Source: Octopus bimaculoides (lineage: Eukaryota). Taken from it: DNA of 64,000 nt. Position numbers and translations under genes: made by a program. Below the pieces are notes generated by a model. The model ran no database searches and was not told the DNA's origin. It saw only the letters and a list, made by a program, of their open reading frames with translations. Positions 40,378 to 53,569 of the stretch are shown here, piece after piece. Where the stretch lies: the NCBI RefSeq assembly GCF_001194135.2, contig NC_068983.1, forward strand, positions 160,019,379 to 160,083,378, in the 5' to 3' direction. The first letter of the stretch is position 1. Every line of letters starts with the position of its first letter.

Positions 40378-43300
40378 TATGAACACATGAAACACCCATG
40401 TCTCTGAAGTCAACAGAAAAGCTAATAACAAAGTACAAAAAAAAACTTAGGCATTTAAAAATAAGGTAGTAAAGACTTTTCAAGACGTCGCAATGGAACA
40501 ATGTTAGTGACCAGGCCGAAATAGTGTCATAAAAAATTTAACTGTTCTTAAGATAAGTTAAATTAAATTCAAAATAAAATTAACAACTTTGTGTGTTATC
40601 ACATGGTTCTTTTCCGATGAAACTTTTCTCCACTAAGCGAATATAAATTTAGTTTATCAAGCAGAATAAAACAGAGAATATGTATTATCTATTAGATGGA
40701 ACAAAATGAGTTATTAATACAAAAGTGTATGTATTCCTATGCGTACATACGCTGCTGCTTTAACAGCAATACATTCATGCTCTCCACTGATGATTCTCTG
40801 CTATTAATTATTTCTCTCCCTATTAACGCTTTCTTGCGTTTTATACTCCCCATGCTACAATGTCTCAACAATAGCAGGTTTGTAGATTGTATTCCGTTAG
40901 TGTCTGCAATCGATTCTGTCGATTTCGTTTTGACTGCTTGAGTGGAACTATATCTCAGTTTTCTCTAAGTACTAGTTAATTTTGTATGTTAGTATTCATA
41001 AATACATCAATTATGCGCCAACAGTAAATAGATAACATCAGTGCCGCATAATCTGTCAATAAAATGAGTTTATAACCTCAGTAAATCAACTTGCAAAGTT
41101 TATACTTAGTGTACTTTGTATGAAATCGGATTTTAAAGTTACTAATTTTAAAAAGGTTTATCTGAATTTCAGCACAGCTTCTCTCATTAGCAAATCAAGC
41201 AAACGTCCAGTTGTTTAATATTCCTAAATACTTGTTTGTCAGTTTAAGGCAAAAAATTATTTTAGTCAACCACAGTCTACATCGATATATATATAAATAG
41301 AAAAACAGAGGAAACGAATTCTTCCACGAGTTGATCATATGGGTATAGATATTACTTTCTTAGCGACAACATAGCTTATTTTATCAAGAGACAAATGTCT
41401 TCTTTTTTAACTTGGCATCATATATTTTAGATAATGATAAATACAAAGTGGAGAGACTAACTGGTTAAGTTGATAGTTTGTCAGACTGCCGTTCAAAAGT
41501 TTGAGGTTTTGATCTCTTACCAGTAACACAATGAGGGAAGGGATACCAAAAATCTTAATTTTCAAAAAGCTTCACACTCAATTGAAAATAAGTATTATTT
41601 ACAGATGCTGTAAGCAGTGGGAACACTATATACTTGACTAATACTTTGATAGCTTGGCGCGTTGATTTGAAAACTTCTAATGGTTATCACTATAAAAAGC
41701 TACAGAAAGAACTATGAAGTGAAAATTTTTAATTATGATACAAACCCAAAATATGGATTCAGTTGTTTTTTTTAATGAGAATTATTAATTTTTTTCCAAA
41801 TGCATTAAGAGGCACAATTGTAGAGAAGTAACTTTAACCTTTAATTGAAACTGGCTCATGTACTCAGCTAATGGAAGTATTGCCTCCGTTTTGATCACTC
41901 TGGCAATATTACTAAATATGCAGTACAATAAAAATCCTAGCGACGTTATCTTTAAAATTCTGTAAGTTATTCATTGCCTTAAGTTTTCAATGTAACCGTT
42001 ACACTGCTTCACTAAAACGTGTTCCATTATAATCATGCTACACAACTAAACATCGCTGCGTAGTATTTCCCTAAAGCATCCCGCAGTTCTGTGGTTGATA
42101 TATTGCATTCTATTGTTATACAATGTTCTTTAATTGTCGTAGCCATAAAGCTGCCTGCGCACCTGCATTGTGACTTCCAGCTTTATAATATCGCACATTG
42201 CTTTATGGTAATCATCTTTTGTGCTTTGTTTTTCATTGTGCTGTCTGGCGGTCAGTAAACGATAATCTTACCTAGTTTGTACTTAGACCAAATGTATCGC
42301 TATGACGATGAAATATTCTGTGTAATTGGAATCTGCGTTCAATGTAGTATTCTGTGTGTAATGATCAATACAAGAAATCTACTAGTAACTCACATTCTGT
42401 TTGTAGTCATACAACTCTGCTCTACACTTTTTACGTACACATTTTTTAATGTTTTGATGAGCATGGATAGCTAATACTATGATCCTTGTCTTAAAGTATC
42501 ATACTGTATTGAGATCAGTATATTACTTTCCCTTGTGTGTAGTTATCGCGTTATATAATGTTGTGGTCAGTAGATCGTTTGGATTAACACTTTGACGATA
42601 ACATACTGATATTTCTACTCATTGTTTGAAGATATTCTCAGTTATTGAATTACATATTTCTGAAGAATTTTGCGTCCACAAAATCTCTTTTACATCTTCA
42701 ACAGTTTTTGATTAAAGCCAAATGTGAAAAATGAAAACCATTCAAGCATGGCTTTCCGTACATGAAATTCTATGTACAGTTCATTCATGCATACTCTTCG
42801 CTCCGTTTAATCAAATCCTCCATTTTCGTTAAAACTAACATATCCTATCCATGTCCACTTGGCTTGAATTTAGGGAATCTTCTTAGTTTCGGAAATTCTC
42901 TGTTCATGCAAGAAAATATGAAGTATTTCTGGTTTTCTTTCTCAGTATTTAAATGATCCAGTAGAAATAGAAATATTTCGATAATAATGTCAAACTGGAG
43001 TACAATATCGATATGGTGGTGCTTCATCACAATAGTGTTGAAATACCCTTATATGCTAATATCAGCTTGGTGTGTTGCAAGACAAAGGCAGGACAAAGCT
43101 AGTCCTCATGAATTACTAGTAACTGAAATACTTTACTTAATGAAACACTTAGAGACTCTATTTTTCCAAACCCACGTATGCTTATTCTCTTTTCTGTCTC
43201 GCTCTTCACTCTTCATACATGATGATCGTTATGAGTTTTCAAAAAAAAAAATCAATGCGAATTTCTTATATTTTGTTATATCTTTTCTTTGTTTTTCTCT

Positions 43301-44299
43301 TCCATTTACATTCCCTTTCATCATTACTTGCTACTGCTCTCTTGGATATATTGGCTTCCACTTACTGAAACGAGAAAAAGAATCATACTAAATATTTTGG
43401 AGTAAACTTAATCTATGGAATTTTATGGAAAATATGTAATTTACGAAACATTGGGTCATATTCTTGAAAAGAGTAGACTGGAAACCTAAAAAGAGTTTTC
43501 TGATAGCATTTTAAGTTCAATAACATAAACCAAGACAAACTCTGTCTCGCTTGGGATAAACATTGAAAGGATTTTTCTTTAAATTCGCAAACTAGCTACA
43601 TTAAACTTCTAATATCCTTTAATTAAATCACAAATAAACAAGATCATTGGTGATATCCCAGCATAACTACGGACTGAAGTGCATAAAAGAATAAAGATGT
43701 ATTTTATATTCACCAGGTGGTTTTTCAATATGATATTTTTCTATATGCGTACTTATCATAACAAAAAAGAAAACTGGCAAACATTCGTATAATATAAACA
43801 AAAATCATCGTATTTTAAGAGTAGCATTAATGATTCATATTCCACTGATATTATTTTTGTAACGATATATTACGTGTCACGGTTTTGGAGTTTCATGTTT
43901 AATTATTGGGTACTAGCTTGAAAAAGGCCGTGGAACCACGTACTAGACATTTTCAGAACGCTTCCACGCAACAATTAATTCATTATTTATCTACAATTTT
44001 CAAAAGAATATTTTATTAAATGAATATTACATTGGACGGTGGATTTTCAAAAAAAAAGAAAGAAAGAAAGAAAGAAAAAAACCCAAAAACAATAAAATAA
44101 ATGTCAGCTTTTCTAATAATGTTGATTCGTAGAAATGAAAATAAAAAGTAACCAATTCAAATAGAAAATATTTTGCCAATAAAGACGGCCAGGTTTGAAA
44201 GATACAGCCTCTTGTGTTTTACTTCCAGTTGGCGAGAGTATGTGTAAATGTGTGCTTATATATATGTGTGTGTGTATTGAGTGTCTGTCTGTCTGCAAC

Positions 44300-44340
<41 letters not shown>

Positions 44341-45593
44341 AATATTTTGTCCAAGAGTTGATTTTCTTGAACACATATGAAGATAAATAAGACTGCGTTT
44401 TATAATTCATCCGATATGAGATTTGTACCACAGTCAGCTATTTTGCTTGCAGTCAAATTTCGTCTTCTGAATAAAATTAGCGATTTTCACTTCGAATAAA
44501 AGAGTTCGGATACTGATTAAGGCTTTCTCTCAGGATGCCTTGAAAATTTTGCTAAACATATAAACCTCGACAGACCACAGATCTAACTAGGAAAGGCTGG
44601 GGACTCCACATTTGAGGAGACATCACTCTATATAAACTATATGCATAAACTGTGTTAAGCACATAGGCTTCATTTCAATGTTTGGTATGTTCTATACAAG
44701 AAAACTGAATCAAATTGTGATGAAGCTAATTTAGGTAATGATCCTTGCAACGATTAACAACGAGTTTGAAGACACATCCGACGCTGGTGACCAAAATGCA
44801 GATTTTGCTGTTAGGAATGTGGTAATAATTATATCGATCTATTGCAAACTGAACGTTGCAGTAGTCTCCTGTTGCAGTAAACTCTTCTGCTGAAAGACAT
44901 TTTAGCTTTCACAGTATCATCAAAAACGGGAATACATTTGTCGGTTCTTTTCGTAGGCCTTCAACAAAGAAATGAAGTATTTCAGTGTTCTTACAATTTC
45001 CATTGAAGCAGAGAAAACTTTTCAAAAATATTTTTCGGCAGAGCTCTTAGTTACAAAATTGCTACCAAGTTTCTGCAGCAATATCTGTTGTCTGAAGCAA
45101 TGCTATTAATCTCTATATTATTTAGTATTCAAGAGTTCTTTTTTCTGTACAAATATATATGTTTTTAATGGAATAAACGTCAATGTTAATGATTCTTGTT
45201 ATCTACTGTCAACACCTCTAAATCAGTAAATGAAGAAATTAAAAGACAGGGGAAAAAGTAAAGGTGGGATCTATTCTCATGAAATTCCTAGAAACCTGGA
45301 ATTATTTTTTGTTCCATACTCGCGATTCCTGGAGAACGATGTGTTCCCGGGAAAATGAGAAGCTCTCGTACAAGAAAGGCTTTCTGGATGTATTTTACAT
45401 CATAAATTTAACTCTATACCTGATAATGAGTACTCTTTCTTCCACTCGTTACCACTACAGGTATTATCCTTGCGTGTGTGTATGTGTGTGTGCGTGTGTG
45501 TTATCAGTGTATGAATGTATCTTAAAAACTACATGCACACACACAGAAATACGCACACACGCTCATACATCTGCTTATATCGTTACCTACCTA

Positions 45594-45596
<3 letters not shown>

Positions 45597-45651
<55 letters not shown>

Positions 45652-45766
45652 CATATATATGCGTGTTTCTTTATATGTACAGACACACGTGCACACATAC
45701 ACACACGTATACACAGAGTGAGGGGAGGATAGATAGATAGATAAATAGATAGATAGATAGATAGAT
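45597..45766. repeat. (TA)n and (GATA)n microsatellites
   Basis: (TA)n 45597-45646; (GATA)n 45728-45766. Confidence 0.95.
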
Positions 45767-47247
45767 ATACATATACATATCTGCATATACATGTATGTGA
45801 TTCGTATATTCACTTACATACTTTTTCAATTGATTAAAAGGGTTAGATTTAATTTTTTTAATATTTTGTGGTTTAGTCCTCAACAATAACAACGAAGGAA
45901 AATCTCATTATGGAAAATTTTTACTGGAATTGTTAAATTTTTCCCAGTTCAGAATTCTTGAAGCATATCAAAAATATTCAATATAAAATTTGACTTGAAA
46001 AATCGAAAAAGTATATTCCTTCAGTTAAATTTATTTGATGGTTTTCTTTCAGATGGTTGCATATATAATGGTAGAATGACTACTTCACATTGTCTTTCTT
46101 TCAGTACATACAGTTTGTTTTTAAATCTTCACGTTCTTCTCTTTTGTTGTTTACCACTTTTGTCTATTCTGGTGAAGAATTCACGTCTAATCCTCTTTGT
46201 TTCTAAATCCTCAGTTTTAAATAACTTGATACTATTTTTGATCATGGTGTTGTTTTTCTATAATGAGATTTATTGTTAACCTGAGCAAAGTTCTTGGTGA
46301 AATTCACCTCATTGAGAAAACTATTTGAAAAAATAAACAAGCTTTAAAAAAAAAATATTTGATTGTATCTGTTGTGGATTATACAGCGTTATCGAGAATA
46401 TAATACAGTATTTAACAGAACGACTTCAGTTTAAATTAAAGTCTGGATGAACTCAACCTTTACTTCCTTGTTGGATATTCAATACTGTATCAATTATGGA
46501 GTCCTACTTTGAAACTTATTCTGGGTTAATTGTGTTCCTCTTCATGTTATCAAATGAAACTTTTGCAATGTTTTATAATTGATAGTTGTCAATTAATTAG
46601 TCGATAGCTTTCAAGAATCACAGGTGCAGCTAATTATCTTTAGGATAGCATGCTATTTATTACAGGTAATTTACCTAGAAAACTTCAATTTTGATAAACT
46701 TAAGCGAAATAGAGGAAAGCATTAAGTACCGAAATAATTCTTTATAGGTTTAAGTTTGCATCTGCTGCAAATTTCCCTCTTTCTCTACACAATACATTCC
46801 ACTTTATTTTAACTAGATGGAGTTAAAATGAATTTAATTGCCAATACGGTTATTAAAATATTTTGTTGTAATTTTAAAATCAACAAACACCAATCTATCA
46901 TTTTAGAGTAATTTCACTCTCAATCACAATTCTAATTACCTCCCTTGGTTGATCCCATTCAAAATAGATCGTCTGATTACCTTCGCTAAAATTTCTCAAT
47001 CTATGTTTAAATCTTAGCAAATGTGTTTAGTTTCCTTTTAAGTGAAAGTTATTTGAATCGTCTTTCATTAAACATTTCTTATGAAAGAGATTTATTTCCT
47101 TTAACACTTTAGCTACCAAACACTTTGAACACGTTATACCCCATTTTCTTTGGTGTAGAACTCTGCATGTTGTTTGGAAGCTATGAGATCATAAATGCTG
47201 CTGATACTTTTTAAGTTGCTTGCATTTGTCTGGGCTGAGAGGTAACT

Positions 47248-48350
47248 GTTGTTTACCCCCAAAGTCTAACCTTGATTGAGTAGATCTATGATGTAAAATT
47301 ATACCAACCATGACTATCATGTCTTCCTTCTATGCATAGTGTTGCCCGTGCTACATTATCCACAACATATGCCATCTTTTTAAAGGACTATAGAAATGAT
47401 TAGAGTGGGGTTTATTTGCTATCTCTTAGCAGTTGAATTACCACGTAAAGATTCCTTTTTTGACCCCCGTCAAGGTTCCTCTTATGTGGAACGGGTGATA
47501 TCTCACTGGTTAATAGTGAGAAGCGTGTTTTGGGATGATGTAGTTATCGTTACTGTTGGAAATCAGTTTGGATGCTTTTATTTTTCATGTAATTGCACAA
47601 AATGTGAGGGGTGGAGTGTACTGCAATAATGCACAAACTGTTATCCTGCATGTCCAGGTGGTCTTAATTTTAGTATTCTTGCCTCACTGTGTATGTGATC
47701 TGTCACAATCCTCTATATACAACCTGTCATGGTACGATGAAGTGAGCTAGTTTGGGATTCTTCCAGTTTACTGCAATTTATTATGGAGAAGCTGAGGCCC
47801 AAGACGAACTAGCGTGACACATGATAGTATATTGCATGTACATCATTACAGTTGTTTCATTCTGTTAGCTAAATGTGATAAATGTGGGTCTTTTTAGTAA
47901 GGTTGTGCGCTATTTTGTTGTCCTTTCTATTAGCTGCGTTTTTATGTTGTTCAGTGTTATGGCTTGTTATATTTGATAATTTTAGCATGGATTGTAGAGG
48001 AATCAGTAGATTTCCTAGTTGCTTCGTTAAGCCAGCTTTGAAACCATGTTTGTAGATGTTTAGTTCAAGGTGAAAGTAGTTGCACAGCTATATCTGAAGA
48101 TCAAGAGAGCCGTACGTGAGTGAGATGCTATCTGCATATATTTATGTATTTTCAGAAATTGGGAGGTCATGTGGATATAAAATGAATAGAGTGGGTGAGA
48201 GATCAATTTTTGTAATAAAATATTTGGAAAAAATGCAAATATTGGAAGTTGTTTTATTTGTACCTTACTTGGGAGTTAGATTGCTCGATATAATTTGCTT
48301 CCGTTTCTCAAAGTAATAGCATTTTGTGTATGAGTGGGAGACAATCAAAA
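47248..48350 (-). mobile_element. Decayed Jockey/I-like LINE RT region with a SINE-E-like 3' tail
   Basis: Minus strand LSPTLFILYPHDLPISENT*IYADSISL (about 48118-48205), plus RKQ and TWF.SW motifs. The 3' boundary is uncertain. Confidence 0.55.
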
Positions 48351-49010
48351 GCTCTTCTGATAGTAGGTAGAACGGTGTGCATGTGATGCAATGTATGTGC
48401 GTGTATGCGTGTGTGTGTGTGAGAGAGAGTGTGTCTGTGTGAGAGAGAGATCGTGTACGTAAGAAGGTGCTATCAACAAGTTAGTTCAGATAGAAAAGAC
48501 TTATGATCAGATCCGCTCCAGCATTTACGATCCCATTTTTTGTACTTCTAGGACTTCATTATCTAATATATTCTTCCGTTTAAAAAAAAAATAGGTACAC
48601 AGAGCGAACAGTCATGCTGGAGAAACCGTTAAGTATACCTATGACTGGTTCAGGAATAGTTTGGTAGATGAGAGAAATGGTTTGAAGTAGTTTTTCCTTT
48701 GTTTTGTTTTAGAGATGAGGATGATGAGTTAGTGATATTTAGGGTATGTCTTTCTAAAATGTTGAGGTATGCTTAATCGAAATGTAATAAGAAATTTCAG
48801 GTGTTCAGTGTTGTATAAATATTTTCCATAAACTTTTGCAGCGTGAACATAGCGGGTGTGATGATGTCCTTAGGCTGTCTTAAATTAATGACACACGCTC
48901 GCAGAAACAACCTGAAGGTACTAGTCTCTTACTTCCACGTCTGCAAAGTACTATGTGAGCAGTGTACAACAAAGTGCATAAGCTTAAATTTGGTCGACGA
49001 AGACTTATGT

Positions 49011-49379
49011 GTGTTGTTGTTGGCACGCTGTCGCTTACGACGTCGAGGGTTACAGTTGATCCGATCAACGGAACAGCCTGGTCGTGAAATTAACATGCAA
49101 GTGGCTGAGCATTCCACAGACATGTGTACCCTTAACATAGTTCTCGGGGATATACAGTGTGACAAGGCTGACCCTTTGAATTACAGGCACAACAGAAACA
49201 GGAAGAAAGAGTGAGAAAAAGTTGTGGTGGAAGAGTACAGCAGGGTTCGCCACCATCCCCTGCCGGAGCCTCGGGGAGCTTTAAGTGTTTCCGCTCAATA
49301 AACACTCACAACGCCCGGTCTGGGAATCGAAACCGCGAGTCCGCTGCCCTAACCACTGGGCCATTGCGCCTCCACCGAA
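49011..49379 (-). mobile_element. tRNA SINE family C, full length, with a 12-bp TSD
   Basis: TSD gaagacttatgt at 48999-49010 and 49380-49391. Head ggaggcgcaatggcccagtggttagggc...ggtttcgattccc; CAA-repeat tail. Confidence 0.92.
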
Positions 49380-50220
49380 GAAGACTTATGTACAGGTGTG
49401 TCTTTCCACAGACTCATCCTATCATACTTGTAGAAATGTTGAGTTTTGTTTGTCATATTAGCTCAGGACTGTGAAAGGGAGGATAACCCAGATGTCCATT
49501 TATCTCTGTTCACTTAATAATAGTTGTGACTAGTTTGGAAACGGAGAAAGAAAGAGAAAAGATCTGAAGCATGAAAGGGAGGAATAAAGTGAAACAGAGA
49601 GAAGATAAAATTAAATATAAGGAGCAAAAATATAAGAAAACAAGACTGATACATAGACAGATGGCCTGAAAGATATTGAGATGAATAGATTAACGGAAAG
49701 CTAGAGAGATAAATTAGATAGTTAGATAGGCAGGCAGGCAGGCAGGTAGGTAGGTAGGTAGGTAGGTAAGAAAATATAGATGGATAGAAACAAAGTCTAA
49801 TTGAGGAACAAAATGTGTGTGATCTGAAGAATATGGCATGAGAAGTGAAATGTGAAGAAATAATCGCTAAATTTAATGTCAGATGTATGAAGTGCAGTAT
49901 CGGCATCCTTTTATTTATAATGTTCAAATGCCAAAGTGCTATTGTCAATCTATTGTACCTTCAAGGTGGTTTGGACTAAGATCTCAAGATTTATTTTTGT
50001 TTGTATTTTCATTTCCCGAATATTTCCTATTTTGAAGGAGGAACTAGATATCATATTGCCTCCAAGGCGTCAATATCATTTTCTCAGTAGCATCTAAATT
50101 ACAGATTTTGCTACATGCCTTCTATAGTATAAATTTTTCAGTATTTTCTATTCCACAGTATCACCAGAGGCCGACTCTTTCATGCATATACACATACATA
50201 CATACATACAAATATATATA

Positions 50221-50537
50221 AGGTTATCCTATAAATAATGCGTTTTTTTTTCAATTGCATTGAACTAAAAGTTGGAGGGTGACGGGATAAACTACCTGTA
50301 TCAACTTGCTATAAAAGCAGGTAGTAATTTTACCTTGTGAGGTTCGATTCTAGTAGTTATCTTTTCAAAGTTATAATGGAAGTGACAAAGGAGCATATTT
50401 GGCATATTTTGCTTTATGAGTTCAATAAAAGCAATAATGCAACAGAAAATGCGAGGAATATTATTGAAGTATATGGGGGTAGGACAATAAGCGTAAGCCA
50501 GTGTCAACGGTGGTTCCTGAAATTCCGAGCCGGAAAC
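50221..50537 (+). mobile_element. Mariner transposon left end and transposase N-terminus (runs into a gap)
   Basis: TA-AGGTTATCCTATAAATAATGCG terminus. ATG at 50376 starts MEVTKEHIWHILLYEFNKSNNATENARNIIEVYG...QCQRWFLKFRAGN, a Mos1/Hsmar-type HTH. Confidence 0.85.
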
Positions 50538-51199
50538 NNNNNNNNNNNNNNNNNNNNNNNNNNNNNNNNNNNNNNNNNNNNNNNNNNNNNNNNNNNNNNN
50601 NNNNNNNNNNNNNNNNNNNNNNNNNNNNNNNNNNNNNNNNNNNNNNNNNNNNNNNNNNNNNNNNNNNNNNNNNNNNNNNNNNNNNNNNNNNNNNNNNNNN
50701 NNNNNNNNNNNNNNNNNNNNNNNNNNNNNNNNNNNNNNNNNNNNNNNNNNNNNNNNNNNNNNNNNNNNNNNNNNNNNNNNNNNNNNNNNNNNNNNNNNNN
50801 NNNNNNNNNNNNNNNNNNNNNNNNNNNNNNNNNNNNNNNNNNNNNNNNNNNNNNNNNNNNNNNNNNNNNNNNNNNNNNNNNNNNNNNNNNNNNNNNNNNN
50901 NNNNNNNNNNNNNNNNNNNNNNNNNNNNNNNNNNNNNNNNNNNNNAGGGATGTGAGTTCGAGTTTCATAGCTGGCCGGTAACGTATTTTTCTGCAATGAA
51001 TGGATAATTTATCCTGATCACGCTATTTATTAGCATTATCACGTGTTTGAGAATAAAAAAAATTATTTCTCTATCTCTCAATACATCTCAACGCTTCTAA
51101 AACAAACTTTGTTTGTTTACTTTCATCGTAAGTTGAATTTGACGTTAGCGTCTTATCAAGCTAAGTTTATAAGTTCTAAAATTACAGAAGAATTCGCAA

Positions 51200-52503
51200 A
51201 CAACAATGTCGGCATGCTTAGCTTACATTTGACAGAAGTTTTGATGGGAATATTCAACTAGTATTCCTTGAGTTGGTGTTTATGAATGTGTTCCATAACA
51301 GAGGGATTTTCTAAGTTTACTTTAGGACAGTTTTTTAGCGGATGGCATTGTAAATTGTTTAGTAACAACAACGTGACGACATTTTAGGACAGCTGCTAAA
51401 CACATGCGTAATGTCTTCCACAGAAACATGACATAGTCTACACATGCTGTTGAGCCTTGGGATTACAAGTGCGTCACTGTCTCTCTTGTTCACCAGGTAC
51501 TTTGAGGCAATCTTCAGTTCCTGGATTTCAAACACATAGCCTTCAAAGTGTGATGTGATGTAATGATCTTGTGTCCAAGAGATGCTGCGCTTTGTGTCAA
51601 TTCTACTATCTTCTTCAAGCTTCCGGGCAACATACCATGCATGGTCTTTTTTCGTATGCTGAGTGCTTTCCATCCAGGTCTTCTCTGAAGTAAGAGAGCC
51701 CAGCTGTTTGGGGGCTGTACAGATCATCAAGAAGAGAGTGTTTCTTGAGGAGTTCACTGCCAACTCGTACAACGTTGCTCACTTCACTTTTCAAGACTGC
51801 ATTAATATATTTATTTTTGCTGTTGTTGTTTAGATGGTATTGCCTGAGTGATACCATACGACATTCGAAGGCCGTCAGCAATGATCTCAGGTCTCTACCA
51901 CCTTCATTTCTTCTTAAGTAGAGCCTGCCAACATCATTGTTTATGTGGAAGTTTCCAGTTGTTGTCAGGATTTCGCGGGTTTTGATATCTATGGAGTGGA
52001 TTTCCTCTGCAGACCAATCAAGTATCCCAAATGTTGGGATCAGTACTGGTACTGCAAATGCATTGTGGGGAGAGTGCCTTCATATGATACATTTTCGCCT
52101 ATGCCTAGGTACGTGTAACATTCTTTTGTGTGGAATGGAGTAGATAGAGACCGTTGATACACAGGGATATTCCCTTTGTAATGCCTATACTATTAGAAAC
52201 AATTATTTTGTTCTCTGTTGTAAGGGTAAGTTTAGTTGTCCATGTCTTTGTGAGTCTCTCTATGGCAGTAATTAAGGTAGTAGGTACCTTTGCCAGATGT
52301 AGGCATTTCAACAGCCATGAATGAGGGATAGAGTCGAATGCCTTCCTATAGTCAAGCCATACTGTCACAAGGTTTCTACGTTGTTTTCTTACTTCAGACA
52401 GTACAGTTTTGTTTATTAAAAGTTGTTCGCTACATCCCCATACTCCTTTATCTCCACCAGCCTGTTCATCAGTCACAATGTTGTTCGACTCTCAATGGTC
52501 CCG
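51200..52503 (-). mobile_element. R4/Dong-like LINE relic, 5'-truncated and internally deleted
   Basis: EQLLINK..WLDYRKAFDSIPHSW, FGILDWS.EEI..IDIKTR, RLYL...GGR.L, FEIQE, CRLCHVSVEDITHVFSSC, NIPIKTSVKC..PDIV. Confidence 0.9.
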
Positions 52504-52534
<31 letters not shown>

Positions 52535-53264
52535 CAGTCACTGAATAGAAAATGTACGCCATACTTGTGTCTACATATCTTTCTTAAGTCTAATTATGAA
52601 ACGTTATTTCTCAGCTGGAGACCAATTCCCTCCCTATTGAAGAAATATTCAGAATATATAAGCAGAAAATAAATGTATAGCACAGTCCTATCAAATCACT
52701 CACTCACACAGACATAAGTATACTGGCCATTTACTGCAGAGGTAGCTTAGTAATAATCGAAGTTTTTCAAGCGAGCGATGTTATTTAAATTAGATCCCCA
52801 AAGCCGCATTTACAGCTGATCCTCAATATTATGTTATTAATATCTATCTTGTGATGTAAATAGATGTGGCATGAGAGAAGAAAACAAGAAGGTAAAGAGG
52901 CAAGAAATATATACGAGTGTGATAACAGATATTATTAGTTCAAAGTCCAATTAGTTATTTACATATTTCCGCTTATTAATTGACCGACCAACTGACGCTG
53001 TATCGTATTAGAATCATTTATATCTTACCCATGTCATATGCTCAACTAAAGCATGAATTTGATATTACTTTTCATCCATCAAATATTGCATTAATCAAAG
53101 TAGGTTCTCCGGTCATATCCTCAGGACTGGTAGCAGATACCATATTTAATCACGACTACTACTACTGCTGCTGCTGCTACTGCTGCTACCACCACCACCA
53201 CCACCACTATTACTACTATTATAGCAAAATGTTCATAATAATAATTCTTTCTAAGTTTAATACA

Positions 53265-53445
53265 ATTTTGAGCGCTGGAGAAGTGAATTACATCAACTCC
53301 AGTTTTCAACGGGTACTTATTTTATCAAATCCTAAAATATGAAATGTAAATTCGACCTGAGCAGAATTTGAACTCGGAACATAAAGAGCTGGAAGAAACG
53401 CCGCAATTTTCTCCGACGCTTAAACGACCTGCCAGTCCAGATTTA
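53265..53445 (-). mobile_element. Degraded Nin-type SINE
   Basis: gtacttattttatc...ttcgacctgagcagaatttgaactcggaac matches the 21537-21752 family. Confidence 0.65.
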
Positions 53446-53569
53446 TTTTATCGCTCACAAAGTCCCAAGGCGTTGGAGATAGCACGAGGGCGAAATGAAA
53501 GGGAAAATAACAAACAAGCTAGTGATTTACATCAGATAAGACGGCGGGCAAGGCAACAACAACGTCCTT

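Noticed and set aside
44700-44975. About 75-codon open minus frame (KCLSAEEFTATGDYCNVQFAIDRY...)
   Set aside because: No start codon, only a weak acceptor, and no recognisable homology.
48600-49000. Minus-strand HLKFLITFRLSIPQHF, resembling a Penelope N-terminus
   Set aside because: Too short and degenerate to call.
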